A stretch of 61,763 bases of DNA, taken from Gallionellaceae bacterium. GTDB taxonomy: Bacteria > Pseudomonadota > Gammaproteobacteria > Burkholderiales > Gallionellaceae. How positions within the stretch are numbered: position 1 is the first letter of the stretch; every line of letters starts with the position of its first letter. The stretch covers positions 23,294 through 85,056 of the forward strand of contig DMCN01000066.1 in the NCBI GenBank assembly GCA_003445795.1, written 5' to 3'. The notes beneath the pieces are model-generated. The model was not told the DNA's origin. It did not search any database and saw nothing but the letters and a program-made list of their open reading frames with translations. Shown here one piece after another: positions 34,664 to 43,974 of the stretch. The position numbers and the translations under genes were made by a program.

Positions 34664-37600
34664 GCACATTAAATCCGACATCATCCGGGGCGCTGGCGGC
34701 GACGAAGGCGGGCAGAGTTCCACGCCGGTAGAGCAGCCGGACAGCCTGCACAGCCGCGACACGGCCTATCTGCTGGATGGCCTGTGCGAGGGCGAGATCG
34801 AGGGCTTGGTGGACGGCCTCAAGTCTATCTATCTGGACGGCACGCCGATTCAGAACCCGAACGGCACCTACAATTTCAAGAACCTCACGGTGTACAGCAC
34901 CAAGGGAACGCAGGGGCAGCCGTACATCCCGATGTTCTCATCGATCGAGAGCGAGACACCCTACAGCGTCAAGGTTTCCAACGGCTCGCCGGTCGTGCGC
35001 AGCCTGGTGAACGCCAATGCCAATGCGTTGCGGGTGCGCCTTTCCACGCTCGCCATGTTCGCCCAGGATTCCGGCGGTAATACCGGCGGTACTACCATCG
35101 CCTTCAAGATCGAAGTGCAGAACAACGGCGGCGGCTATGTGGTGAAGGTAAACGATGCGTTCAGCGGCAAAACCACCACCAAGTACGACCGCGCCTATCG
35201 CATCCCGCTCACCGGCACCGGCCCGTGGGATGTGCGCGTTACCAAGACCACGGCGGACAGCACATCGTCCACCATGCGCAACGACCTGTATCTGGAATCC
35301 ATCGCGGGCATCATCGACCAGAAGTTGAGCATGCCCAACACGGCAGCCATCGGCTTGAGCATCGATGCGCGCGTGTTCCCCAGCATTCCGCGCCGTGCCT
35401 ACCGAGTGCGCGGAATGCGCGTGAAGATCCCGACCAACTACGACCCGGTGCTGCGCACCTATTCCGGCGTGTGGGACGGCACGTTCCGAATCGCCTACAC
35501 CAACAACCCGGCCTGGTGTTATTACGACCTGTGTACCAGCGGCCGCTATGGCTTGGGCCGCTACATCGATGCGGCGCTGGTGAACAAGTGGTGGTTGTAT
35601 GGCATCGCCCAGTATTGCGACGTGATGGTGCCGGATGGCTACGGAAGTACCGAGCCGCGTTTTACCCTCAACTGCCATTTGCAGACGCGGGCCGAGGCGT
35701 TCAACGTGCTCAACAGCCTGGCGTCGTCCTTCCGTGGCATGACGTACTGGGAGAGCGGGCAGATCTCCGCCGTGCAGGATGCGCCCAGCGACCCGGTGGC
35801 CCTTTTTACCCGCGCCAATGTGATCAATGGCGAGTTCAGCTATTCCGGTGTATCGCGCCGCGCGCGGCACACCGTGGCGCTGGTGACCTGGAACGATCCG
35901 GAGGATGCCTATCGCCAAAAGGTCGAGTACGTGCAGGACGAATATATGGTGGCGCGCTACGGCGTCATCCAGGCCGATGTGGTCGCCTTCGGCTGCACCT
36001 CGCGCGGGCAGGCGAACCGCGTCGGCAAATGGCTGCTCTATACCGAGCGTTTCGAGAGCGAGACGGTCGGCTTCAAGGCCGCGCTGGATTCCGCCTACTT
36101 GCGCCCCGGCAAGGTCATCGCCATTCAGGATGCCCACCGGGCGGGCAAGCGTTTCAGCGGCAGGTTGGCCAGCGCGGGCAGCACGGCCTCGTCGCTGGTG
36201 ATCGATGCGGCCATCGACATCGAGGCAGGCAAAACCTACCTCGCATCGGTCGTGCTTCCGGATGGTACGGTTGCCAGCGCCGACGTGGTCAACGCGCCGG
36301 GCAGCACCGCCGTGCTGGCACTGGCCGCGCCGCTGGCCGCTGTGCCGCAGGCCAATGCCGTCTGGGCGGTCTCCGCCTCCGATCTCGCCACGCAGACCTA
36401 TCGCGTGCTGTCGGTGGCCGAGACGGGCAAGAACGAATTCAGCATCACCGCGCTCAAGCACTACGCTGGAAAATACGACCTGGTCGAGAACAACCTGGCG
36501 CTGCGCATCCCCCCGGTGAGCAGCATCGACACCACCGCCCCCGCCATGCCCGGCAATCTGGCGCTAGCCGAAGACCTGGTGCGCATGCAGGGCATCGTGC
36601 GCGTGCGCATGTCGGTGTCGTGGGATGCCGTGTTGCGCGCCAGCAGCTACCGCGTCTCCTGGCGCTCGCGCACCGGCAACTGGAACCTGCTGCCGGACGT
36701 GCTGGCCACCGGCACTGAGATCATCGATCCGCCCAATGGCAAGGTCGAAGTGCGCGTGCAGGCCATCGGCGTGATGGGCCAGCCCAGCGCACCAGCCACG
36801 GCCACCATCATCCTGCTGGGCAAGACCGCGCCGCCTGCAGACGTGACGGGGTTCATCGTCTCGCGCAAGGGCAATGACATTTACTTTGCATGGAACCCAG
36901 TCGCCGATCTGGATGTGCACCATTACGAGATCAGGCTGGGCGGCGTGTGGGAAACCGCGCTCAACATCGCCACCACCGCACGCACCGCGCTGACGCACGT
37001 CTCCCCGCATGGCGGCACCTTCCTGATCAAGGCCGTTGACACCAGCGGAAACTTCTCGCGCGTTGCCACCTCGTTCTATCTGGCCGCGAACACTGATGTC
37101 AACGTGGTGCTGGTGGACGATGATGGCACCTACGGCTGGCCCGGCACGCTGACTGATATGGTGCACGACGGTGCCGCGCTAACACTGGCCTATGCCAATA
37201 GCTGGGCCAGCCTGACCCAGCTCTGGAGCAGCTACACCGGCTCGTGGATGTCGGAGAGCCTGCCGCTCACCAGCGGCAACTATGTGACCGATGTGGAAGA
37301 CCTCGGCCGCGTGCTCGATGCGCACTTCGGCGTGGCACCTCAGCTCGATGTGATTCCGTTGGGCACGAGCTGGTCGACGTGGAACATGCCCTGGTCTTCC
37401 TATGGCAACAACTGGACGTGGTTTGGCCCAAGCGGCGCGGTCTCGGCCATATTCGAGATCGACACCTCGGCGGACAACATCGTCTGGACCGGTTGGCAGC
37501 CTTTCGTGCCCGGCCTGCGCACGTGCCGCTATTACAAGATGCGCGCCAGCTTTGTGGTGCAGACCAACTTCCAGATCCGCTTCAACAGCTTCCCCATCAC

Positions 37601-37841
37601 GGTGGACGTACCGGACCGCCTGGAACGCTTCCCCAACGAAGCCATCCCGCTGGCGGGCAAGACCATCACCTTCAACCCGCCGTTCACGGCGCTGGATGCC
37701 GTGAGCGTCACGCTTCTCAATGGCGCGGCCGGTGACACCGTGACCGTGGCCAAGACCGTCAACGACATCACCGTGAACATTTACGATTCGACCAACGCAG
37801 CCAAAGCCGGGACGGCGGATATCGTCGTGCCTGGATATTAG
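34653..37841 (+). CDS. Central tail-tip/host-specificity protein J
   Basis: 'EGEIEGL', 'PNTAAIGL', 'YTNNPAWCYYDL', 'GCTSRGQANRVGKW'; FN3-like repeats. Confidence 0.92.
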   Translation: MRSKHIKSDIIRGAGGDEGGQSSTPVEQPDSLHSRDTAYLLDGLCEGEIEGLVDGLKSIYLDGTPIQNPNGTYNFKNLTVYSTKGTQGQPYIPMFSSIESETPYSVKVSNGSPVVRSLVNANANALRVRLSTLAMFAQDSGGNTGGTTIAFKIEVQNNGGGYVVKVNDAFSGKTTTKYDRAYRIPLTGTGPWDVRVTKTTADSTSSTMRNDLYLESIAGIIDQKLSMPNTAAIGLSIDARVFPSIPRRAYRVRGMRVKIPTNYDPVLRTYSGVWDGTFRIAYTNNPAWCYYDLCTSGRYGLGRYIDAALVNKWWLYGIAQYCDVMVPDGYGSTEPRFTLNCHLQTRAEAFNVLNSLASSFRGMTYWESGQISAVQDAPSDPVALFTRANVINGEFSYSGVSRRARHTVALVTWNDPEDAYRQKVEYVQDEYMVARYGVIQADVVAFGCTSRGQANRVGKWLLYTERFESETVGFKAALDSAYLRPGKVIAIQDAHRAGKRFSGRLASAGSTASSLVIDAAIDIEAGKTYLASVVLPDGTVASADVVNAPGSTAVLALAAPLAAVPQANAVWAVSASDLATQTYRVLSVAETGKNEFSITALKHYAGKYDLVENNLALRIPPVSSIDTTAPAMPGNLALAEDLVRMQGIVRVRMSVSWDAVLRASSYRVSWRSRTGNWNLLPDVLATGTEIIDPPNGKVEVRVQAIGVMGQPSAPATATIILLGKTAPPADVTGFIVSRKGNDIYFAWNPVADLDVHHYEIRLGGVWETALNIATTARTALTHVSPHGGTFLIKAVDTSGNFSRVATSFYLAANTDVNVVLVDDDGTYGWPGTLTDMVHDGAALTLAYANSWASLTQLWSSYTGSWMSESLPLTSGNYVTDVEDLGRVLDAHFGVAPQLDVIPLGTSWSTWNMPWSSYGNNWTWFGPSGAVSAIFEIDTSADNIVWTGWQPFVPGLRTCRYYKMRASFVVQTNFQIRFNSFPITVDVPDRLERFPNEAIPLAGKTITFNPPFTALDAVSVTLLNGAAGDTVTVAKTVNDITVNIYDSTNAAKAGTADIVVPGY

Positions 37842-37853
37842 AGAGGAAAGACC

Positions 37854-38855
37854 ATGAGCCAAGTTTGGACCATCCCCGAAATCGACCCGGCAGTCACATC
37901 GCCCGCCGTCGATATCCAGAAGATGCTGGACGGACTGAATGCGTTAAAAACAGTATTCAGCGGCGCCGCGTTGCCCACCACCAACCTGGTCGGCGGAATG
38001 CTCGCACTCGAAACCACCAACAACCTGTACTGGCGGCGCGATGCAGCCAATACCAAGTGGATGATCTACGCCAGCGCAGATGCGGTGTCGGTGGTAGCCA
38101 AGGCAGCGGCCTACACCGTGCTGCTGGGGGATCACGGCAAGACGTTCTCCTGCGCGGGCACCTTCGCACTTGACTTCACCGCAGCCGCCACGCTGACGGA
38201 TGGCTGGTGGTGCAACGTGCGCAACGACGGTGCGGGCAACATCACCCTAGACCCGAATCTGGCCGAGCTGATCGACGGTGCGGCAACGGTGGTGCTGCTG
38301 CCGGGGCAGAGCTGTCTGGTGAAGTGCGATGGTGCAGGGTTGATCACGGTGGGCAAGCCGTCTTCCGAGTTCGCTGCCGGCACGCGCATGACATTCCAGC
38401 AGACCACCGCACCGACGGGGTGGACCAAGGACACGACGGCCGCGCTGAACGACAGCATCATGCGCATCGTCACCGGCGCGGTGGTGGGTGGAGGGTCGAC
38501 GGCTTTCAGCACCTTCAATGGGCAGACGGCGACGGCGGCTTATACATTGACGACGAGCAATATTCCGGCGCATGCGCATGGCGTGACTGATGCAGGCCAT
38601 AACCATTCGCAAAATAGCCACGCACACACGACAGTAGCTGGTGCATCGGTGCAGGTGGACCTTAGTTCTGGCGGTGGAACTACTTACAGCGTTCCGTTGT
38701 ATAGCGCAGGAAGCGGGACAAGTGGCACGACCGCCACAAACAACTCTGCCGCGACCGGGATATCTACCAACAACGCTGGCGGTGGCGCATCCCACTCCCA
38801 CGGCATCACCACGGCCATTAAATACAACGACTTCATCATCGCGTCGAAGAACTAG
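37854..38855 (+). CDS. Tail fibre with collar-like domain and His-x-His needle motifs
   Basis: 'F.QTTAPTGWTK', 'NIPAHAHG', 'HNHSQNSHAH', 'SHSHG'. Confidence 0.8.
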   Translation: MSQVWTIPEIDPAVTSPAVDIQKMLDGLNALKTVFSGAALPTTNLVGGMLALETTNNLYWRRDAANTKWMIYASADAVSVVAKAAAYTVLLGDHGKTFSCAGTFALDFTAAATLTDGWWCNVRNDGAGNITLDPNLAELIDGAATVVLLPGQSCLVKCDGAGLITVGKPSSEFAAGTRMTFQQTTAPTGWTKDTTAALNDSIMRIVTGAVVGGGSTAFSTFNGQTATAAYTLTTSNIPAHAHGVTDAGHNHSQNSHAHTTVAGASVQVDLSSGGGTTYSVPLYSAGSGTSGTTATNNSAATGISTNNAGGGASHSHGITTAIKYNDFIIASKN

Positions 38856-38864
38856 GAGCTGAGC

Positions 38865-39296
38865 ATGGCTGAAAACGCAAAAATTATCTGCCCGATGATG
38901 GGCGGCCAGGAGTGCATCGGAGACGGCGCGATCCGTATGGTGGAAGGCAAGCCGGAGATGGTGAAGTGCCGCTTCTGGGTGGTGGTGCAGGGCAAAAACC
39001 CGCAGGACGGCACGGTGACGAACAACGGCGACTGCGCTTTCTGCTGGACGCCGGTGCTGCTGATCGAGAACAGCAAGGTGAATCGCGAAACGGGGGCTGC
39101 AGTCGAGAGTCTGCGCAACGAGGCAGCGACGGCACAGCAGTTAACCCAATCGCTGATGGGCGGCATCGTGCAGGCCATCGGGCAGGTGCAGCAGAGCCGT
39201 ATCGCTGGGCCGGGTGAAGTTGAGTGGAAGGCAGCCGGTCCGAATGGATCGGCTGTGCACGGCGGATTTGTACAAATTGAAGGAGACAAGACATGA
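38865..39296 (+). CDS. Cys-containing tail-fibre-associated hypothetical protein
   Basis: 'CAFCWTPVLLIENS...RETGAAVESLRNE'. Confidence 0.65.
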   Translation: MAENAKIICPMMGGQECIGDGAIRMVEGKPEMVKCRFWVVVQGKNPQDGTVTNNGDCAFCWTPVLLIENSKVNRETGAAVESLRNEAATAQQLTQSLMGGIVQAIGQVQQSRIAGPGEVEWKAAGPNGSAVHGGFVQIEGDKT

Positions 39297-39940
39297 AAAT
39301 CACGATCATCGACGGACAGGTAGGTTTTAACGGGGTATTCCGCCCGGTGCAGGACGCTGGCGGGTTGCTCACCGGAATTCACGCCGTGCAGTTCGACACA
39401 GTCGCTGCTCAGGGTCACATCGAGAAGAACGACCTCTCGAACGTGAAGATCACCGACATGACCCAGTTCCAGCCGCTGCTGGATGCCTGGCTGGCCAACG
39501 CGCCAACCACCGCCCCGGTCGCGCCCAAGACCTTCGACGAGCTGAAGGCGGACAAGAGCAAGGTGATCGTGGACCACTGCGATGCGGCCTGCGTGATGGG
39601 CTTCATCAGCAACGCCCTCGGCACGGCTCACCTGTACCCCAGCAAGGTGCTGGACCAGCAGAACCTGAATGCCAGCGTGGTGGATAGCCTGCTGAACCAT
39701 CCCACCGACTGGACCACGCCACACATGTGCCAGGACGTGGCCACCGGAGTCTGGGCCTACCGCCCGCACGCCGCCGCGCAGATCCAGCAAGCAGGCAGCG
39801 ACGTGAAGGCTGGCATCCTGGGGCACCTGGTGCGCAACGCCATGCTGCAGGCGCAGATCGCCGCCATCGTCCCGGCCAGTGCTGGTGCCGCCGATGTGGA
39901 AGCAGCCACGGCAGCACTTGATGCGGTGGTGTGGGCATGA
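39293..39940 (+). CDS. Tail fibre assembly-like protein (DUF4376-like C-terminus)
   Basis: 'IHAVQF...GHIE', 'GF.SNALG..H.YPS...DQQNL', 'H.A.QIQQ'. Confidence 0.7.
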   Translation: MKITIIDGQVGFNGVFRPVQDAGGLLTGIHAVQFDTVAAQGHIEKNDLSNVKITDMTQFQPLLDAWLANAPTTAPVAPKTFDELKADKSKVIVDHCDAACVMGFISNALGTAHLYPSKVLDQQNLNASVVDSLLNHPTDWTTPHMCQDVATGVWAYRPHAAAQIQQAGSDVKAGILGHLVRNAMLQAQIAAIVPASAGAADVEAATAALDAVVWA

Positions 39941-40299
39941 GCACCTTCACCACTCCCGCCAACCTGCGCATGCTGGATAACTTCAAGTGGGAGCTGCTGA
40001 CCCCGTTCCAGTACCACATCGGCAACCTGCCCAGCGACGACGTGATCGAAGTCCCCGCAGGCTTCGTCACCGATCTGGCCAGCACCCCGCGCCTACTCTG
40101 GACCATCCTCCCACCCCACGGCCAATACGCCAAAGCCGCGATCCTGCACGACTACCTCTACGACAACGCCACCGGCAGCAAACGCTACGCAGATGATGTG
40201 TATCTGGAGGCGATGGAAGTGCTCGGCGTGGCTACGTGGCGGCGCAGGGTGATGTATTGGGCGGTAAGGTGGTTTGGGAAGGGGAATTACAGCAGTTGA
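39937..40299 (+). CDS. DUF1353-family protein
   Basis: 'VPAGFVTDLASTPRLLW', 'KAAILHDYLY', 'ADDVYLEAM'. Confidence 0.85.
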   Translation: MSTFTTPANLRMLDNFKWELLTPFQYHIGNLPSDDVIEVPAGFVTDLASTPRLLWTILPPHGQYAKAAILHDYLYDNATGSKRYADDVYLEAMEVLGVATWRRRVMYWAVRWFGKGNYSS

Positions 40300-40369
40300 A
40301 GTAGAGCGCTTCTCTATCTTTTACCAGTAACAATTCTATTGCGCCTGATAAAATGAAAAGCAGCTATCA

Positions 40370-40410
40370 GTTATCGCGCAAATTGCTTTGATTTATCGCG
40401 CGCCGCATCA
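40370..40410 (-). repeat. Right end with candidate transposase-binding repeats
   Basis: On the minus strand GCGCGATAAAT and GCGCGATAACT, 22 bp apart, starting 5'-TGATGCGG. Confidence 0.75.
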
Positions 40411-40480
40411 GGGGGCGCCTTCTTTTGGTTACTTTTCTTGGCAAGACAAGAAAAGTGACTAGCTGTCGGGCTACCCCCGA
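40411..40480. repeat. Right part of the interrupted host palindromic element
   Basis: GTTACTTTTCTTG-N6-CAAGAAAAGTGAC and GTCGGG-N5-CCCGAC hairpins. Confidence 0.7.
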
Positions 40481-40530
40481 CGGTTTTGCTTTTGAATTTG
40501 AAGTAAAACAAACCAGCGGGCTTCGCCCAT

Positions 40531-40619
40531 CCTTCGACAGGCTCAGGACGAACGGCCAGAGGAGTCCGCAGGTTGCACGCCGCTTCGCGGCGACCCTTCG
40601 ACAGGCTCAGGGCGAACGG
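40531..40619 (+). repeat. Two host REP units overlapping the mutY 3' end
   Basis: CCTTCGACAGGCTCAGGACGAACGG (40531-40555), CCCTTCGACAGGCTCAGGGCGAACGG (40594-40619). Confidence 0.85.
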
Positions 40620-41646
40620 TCTGGAGTTGGTTCAATAGCGTCCTCACCGGCGTCGGTATCGCCCCCCCCAACGCCTCCCCCACCTCCAACCAAACCCTCC
40701 CGGGCTCCGCAGCACGCAAAGGCTTGCGCGCCAACTCAACCTTCAACGGCGTGATATGCAATCTGAAATGCGTAAAGGTATGCGTGAACTCTTCCAACCT
40801 TTCACCGCCTCTCGCTTCCATCCCACTACGCAAGAACCAATCCCGCGCCGCATCCTCATCATCAAATTGTGGCGGACACCACAACCCACCCCAGATACCG
40901 CTGCCGGGCCGCTTCTCCAGCAGGATGTCGTTGCCGTGCGTGAGCAACAGAAAGACCGCCGACCGTTCCGGCACTGCCTTCTTCGGACGCGGCGTGGGAA
41001 GTTCGGCTGTGCGCTCGGTCTGCACGGCAACGCAATCCGCCTGCACCGGGCATGCTGCGCATCGGGGTCGGCTGCGCACGCAGACGGTTGCGCCCATGTC
41101 CATCAGGGCCTGGGTGTAGATGGCGACATCGCCTGGCGGCAGCAAGGCTTCAGCCTGCTGCCACAGTCTCTCCTCGACTTTTTTCTCACCCCCCCAACCT
41201 TCAATGCCGCAGTAACGGGCGAGCACGCGTTTGACGTTGCCATCGAGTATCGCGCGGTGTTCGTGATACGCCAGTGCGCAGACAGCGGCTGCGGTGGAGC
41301 GGCCGATGCCGGGGAGTTCAACGATGTCTTCGAATTTGCGCGGAAATACGCCGTTGAATCTTTCGGCGATGATGCGTGCTGCCTTGTGCAGGTTGCGGCC
41401 TCTGGCGTAGTAGCCGAGGCCGCTCCAGTGGGCGAGAACTTCGTCCTCGCTGGCGGCGGCGAGTGCGGCGATGTTGGGGAAGGAGGCGACGAAACGCCGG
41501 TAGTACGGAATAACGGTGGCGACCTGTGTCTGTTGCAGCATGATCTCGGACAGCCACACGCGATAGGCATCCTGCCCCTGCCAGGGCAGGTCATGGCGAC
41601 CGTGGCTGCGCTGCCAGGTGATGAGGCGCTGGGCAAAGAATGGCAT
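40543..41646 (-). CDS. mutY: A/G-specific adenine glycosylase MutY
   Basis: 'SEIMLQQTQVATV', 'WSGLGYYARGRNLH', HhH 'LPGIGRSTA', 4Fe-4S 'CVRSRPRCAACPVQADC', NUDIX-like tail. Confidence 0.97.
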   Translation of the reverse strand: MPFFAQRLITWQRSHGRHDLPWQGQDAYRVWLSEIMLQQTQVATVIPYYRRFVASFPNIAALAAASEDEVLAHWSGLGYYARGRNLHKAARIIAERFNGVFPRKFEDIVELPGIGRSTAAAVCALAYHEHRAILDGNVKRVLARYCGIEGWGGEKKVEERLWQQAEALLPPGDVAIYTQALMDMGATVCVRSRPRCAACPVQADCVAVQTERTAELPTPRPKKAVPERSAVFLLLTHGNDILLEKRPGSGIWGGLWCPPQFDDEDAARDWFLRSGMEARGGERLEEFTHTFTHFRLHITPLKVELARKPLRAAEPGRVWLEVGEALGGAIPTPVRTLLNQLQTVRPEPVEGSPRSGVQPADSSGRSS

Positions 41647-41674
41647 GAGCGGTCTCAGATACGTCGCGAACCGC

Positions 41675-43924
41675 TCACTTGAACAAGCCCTTCAGCCCCT
41701 TTTTCAGCTCTTCGCGCGCTTTGGTCTTGGCGTCTTCTTTCAGTTGATCTTTTTTCTCGTCGAACTTTTGCTTCGTCACGTCCTTCAACAGGGCGGCGTA
41801 GTCGACCTTGAACCTGAGGTCGTCGAAGGCACCGCTGACGTTGACCGGCAGGGTCGCCGTCTTGCCCTGCGCGGTTTTGGCGAAGATGGCCTTGGCGTTG
41901 TAGTTCATATTGTCGCGGCCGATGTCGATGTCGCCGTTGCCGGCAATGCGCAGCACGGTGGACTTCACAGCGAGGTCGTCGTTGTGGGCGATGCCGTTCC
42001 TGATCTTGAAGCTGGCCTTGAACTCGCTGAAGGCGGTCTTTTCGTTCTTGTCGACGCCGAGTGTCTGCGTGGTGGTCTCTTTGCTCAGGTTCTGTATACC
42101 CTGCACCAGCTTGCCCAGATCGATTCCCTTGACAGCGCCGTTGGCCAGATCGACTGTCGCTTTGCCGTTGAGCGCTTTTTTCAGCGCGCCCACGGTGTTG
42201 CCCTTGCTGGTGAGATCGAGCGCGATATTGCCCTTCCCTTCGACCAGTTCCAGATCGGCGGCGTCCTTCAACAGTGGGGCGATGTCGATGCCGCTCAGTT
42301 TCGCGTTTGCGGCGAAGCCATTGGTCGCGGCGTTGATGCTGACCTTGCTGTCTATGTTGCCCTGATACATCCTGGCCGAAAGCGGCGCGACGTTGACGAT
42401 GCCGTTCTTCGCTTTCACATCCACGCGCAGTTGCGCGACCTTGATGTTGGCCGCCTTGAGTGAGCCGATGCGCACGCTGCCTTCCAGGTTCAGTGTCTTC
42501 AATGCCGATAGATCGAACGGTTGTTCGGGTTCCGCCTTCTTGTCCTTGCCCTTCTCCTTGGCTTCCGCCGTCTTCTTCGGCATGTAGGGGTCGGCATCGA
42601 ACTGATCGATCTCGAGGTCGTAGCGGATCACCGGCACGTTGAAGTTCTTCAGCGCGAACTTGGCCTTGATCTGGCTCTGCAGCAAGCCGCCCGCCAGCTT
42701 GGCCTCGATATTCTGCCTGCCGAAGTCGGCCTGCACTTCGCCTTTCAGTTCGCTGTCTATGCTCTTGCCCGGCAGTTTCTCGCCGGTGGCGTTGAGCGCC
42801 AGCCTGAGGTCGGACAGGTTGAACTGCTGCGCTTCGATGCTGCCGGTAACGGGAGAGGAGAACTTCAATTTGAAGGCCTGCTCGGGCTGTTTCAGATCGA
42901 TATCCAGCGACAGCGAGCTGACCTTGAAGGTACGCGCAGTGCCCTCGACATCGGGCAGCAACAGCGCAGCGACGACATTGCCCGCCGCGCCGTCCAGTTT
43001 GCCGCTGACCGCGATGCGGGCGCCGCTGAACTTGTCTTGGGTCAGAGACAGGGCGGGTGCATCCAGCCTGGCTTCGAAGCGGTCTTTTCCTTTCACTCCG
43101 CTGGCCGTAAGCGCGAAATTGTTCAGCGCGAATTCCTGGGTGGCCGGCTGCGCACTGGCATCGCCGCCCGCCTTCACGGCGAAATTGGTGATGTCGAGCG
43201 CCGCCCCATTGGCTTGCAGGTCAAGGGCTTGTGCCCGGTACAGACCCTTCTCCAGATCGAAGGTCAAAGTGGTTTTGATCTGCGCTGCGATATCCAGTTT
43301 GGGTTTGTTGGACGTGATGTGCGCGGCGAAATCGATGTTGGTCGGCACACCGTTGGCGATGCGTCCGGATTTGAGACTCAGATCCTTCACGCTGTAGCGT
43401 GCGCCCGATGTCTCGTCGCTGTAGCTCAGCGAGGTCTTGTCGATCTGTACCGCGGCGATGTCGAACACCATCGGCACGCTTGGCCCGGCTGCGGGCGCGA
43501 CATCCGGCGCGGCGGGGACCGCTTCTTTGCCCATCAGGTCGTCGAGGTTGGTCTTGCCGTTCCGGTATCTGATGAATTGCGCCTTGACGCCGCTGACCGC
43601 GATCTCGTCCACCACGAGCCGCTTGGTGAGCAGGGGCAGCAGTTTGAGCGAGACGCTGGCGCTGTCGACCGCGACGAATTCCTGCTCGCTCTGGAATTCG
43701 GACAGCGAGACGCCGCCTAGACTGACGCCGATGCTGGGGAAGAAATGCAGCTTAATCTCGCCATCCAGCCTGAGGGTGCGCTGCTTGCTGTCCTTGACCG
43801 CTTGGATGATCTGCGGCTTGTAGCTGTTGGGATCGAAGGTCAGCGCGATGAAGGCGACCGCTGCAGCGACCAATGCCACAATGCCGCCGAGCGCCCACAG
43901 GCTGTACTTGAGATACTTGTTCAT
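41675..43924 (-). CDS. asmA: AsmA-family protein
   Basis: N-terminal anchor, 'FDPNSYKPQI', long beta-rich body, 'GNGDIDI'; usual neighbour of mutY. Confidence 0.9.
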   Translation of the reverse strand: MNKYLKYSLWALGGIVALVAAAVAFIALTFDPNSYKPQIIQAVKDSKQRTLRLDGEIKLHFFPSIGVSLGGVSLSEFQSEQEFVAVDSASVSLKLLPLLTKRLVVDEIAVSGVKAQFIRYRNGKTNLDDLMGKEAVPAAPDVAPAAGPSVPMVFDIAAVQIDKTSLSYSDETSGARYSVKDLSLKSGRIANGVPTNIDFAAHITSNKPKLDIAAQIKTTLTFDLEKGLYRAQALDLQANGAALDITNFAVKAGGDASAQPATQEFALNNFALTASGVKGKDRFEARLDAPALSLTQDKFSGARIAVSGKLDGAAGNVVAALLLPDVEGTARTFKVSSLSLDIDLKQPEQAFKLKFSSPVTGSIEAQQFNLSDLRLALNATGEKLPGKSIDSELKGEVQADFGRQNIEAKLAGGLLQSQIKAKFALKNFNVPVIRYDLEIDQFDADPYMPKKTAEAKEKGKDKKAEPEQPFDLSALKTLNLEGSVRIGSLKAANIKVAQLRVDVKAKNGIVNVAPLSARMYQGNIDSKVSINAATNGFAANAKLSGIDIAPLLKDAADLELVEGKGNIALDLTSKGNTVGALKKALNGKATVDLANGAVKGIDLGKLVQGIQNLSKETTTQTLGVDKNEKTAFSEFKASFKIRNGIAHNDDLAVKSTVLRIAGNGDIDIGRDNMNYNAKAIFAKTAQGKTATLPVNVSGAFDDLRFKVDYAALLKDVTKQKFDEKKDQLKEDAKTKAREELKKGLKGLFK

Positions 43925-43974
43925 ATCACCACCCAGCGAGAAACGATGGGTGGATTATAAACCATTGAAAACCC

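Larger units (their letters stand above)
555..40410. mobile_element. Transposable (Mu/B3-like) prophage, 39,856 bp, with siphovirus-type tail
   Basis: Begins TG (555) and ends CA (40410), flanked by the direct repeat GGGGGC (549-554, 40411-40416). The ends align as TGA..CGG.G.G.GATAAAT. It encodes a DDE transposase, AAA ATPase, Ner, Gam, GemA, Mor, and Mu gp26-gpG, I and T homologues plus a tail. Confidence 0.95.

Noticed and set aside
37854-40299. Diversity-generating retroelement or invertible tail-fibre cassette
   Set aside because: No reverse transcriptase, invertase, duplicated template repeat or opposite-strand fibre found.
40300-40410. mom or DNA methyltransferase at the right end
   Set aside because: No ORF of suitable size between the DUF1353 gene and the terminal CA.
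40543-40625. Novel C-terminal domain on MutY
   Set aside because: The tail (VRPEPVEG...) is read-through into REP repeats.
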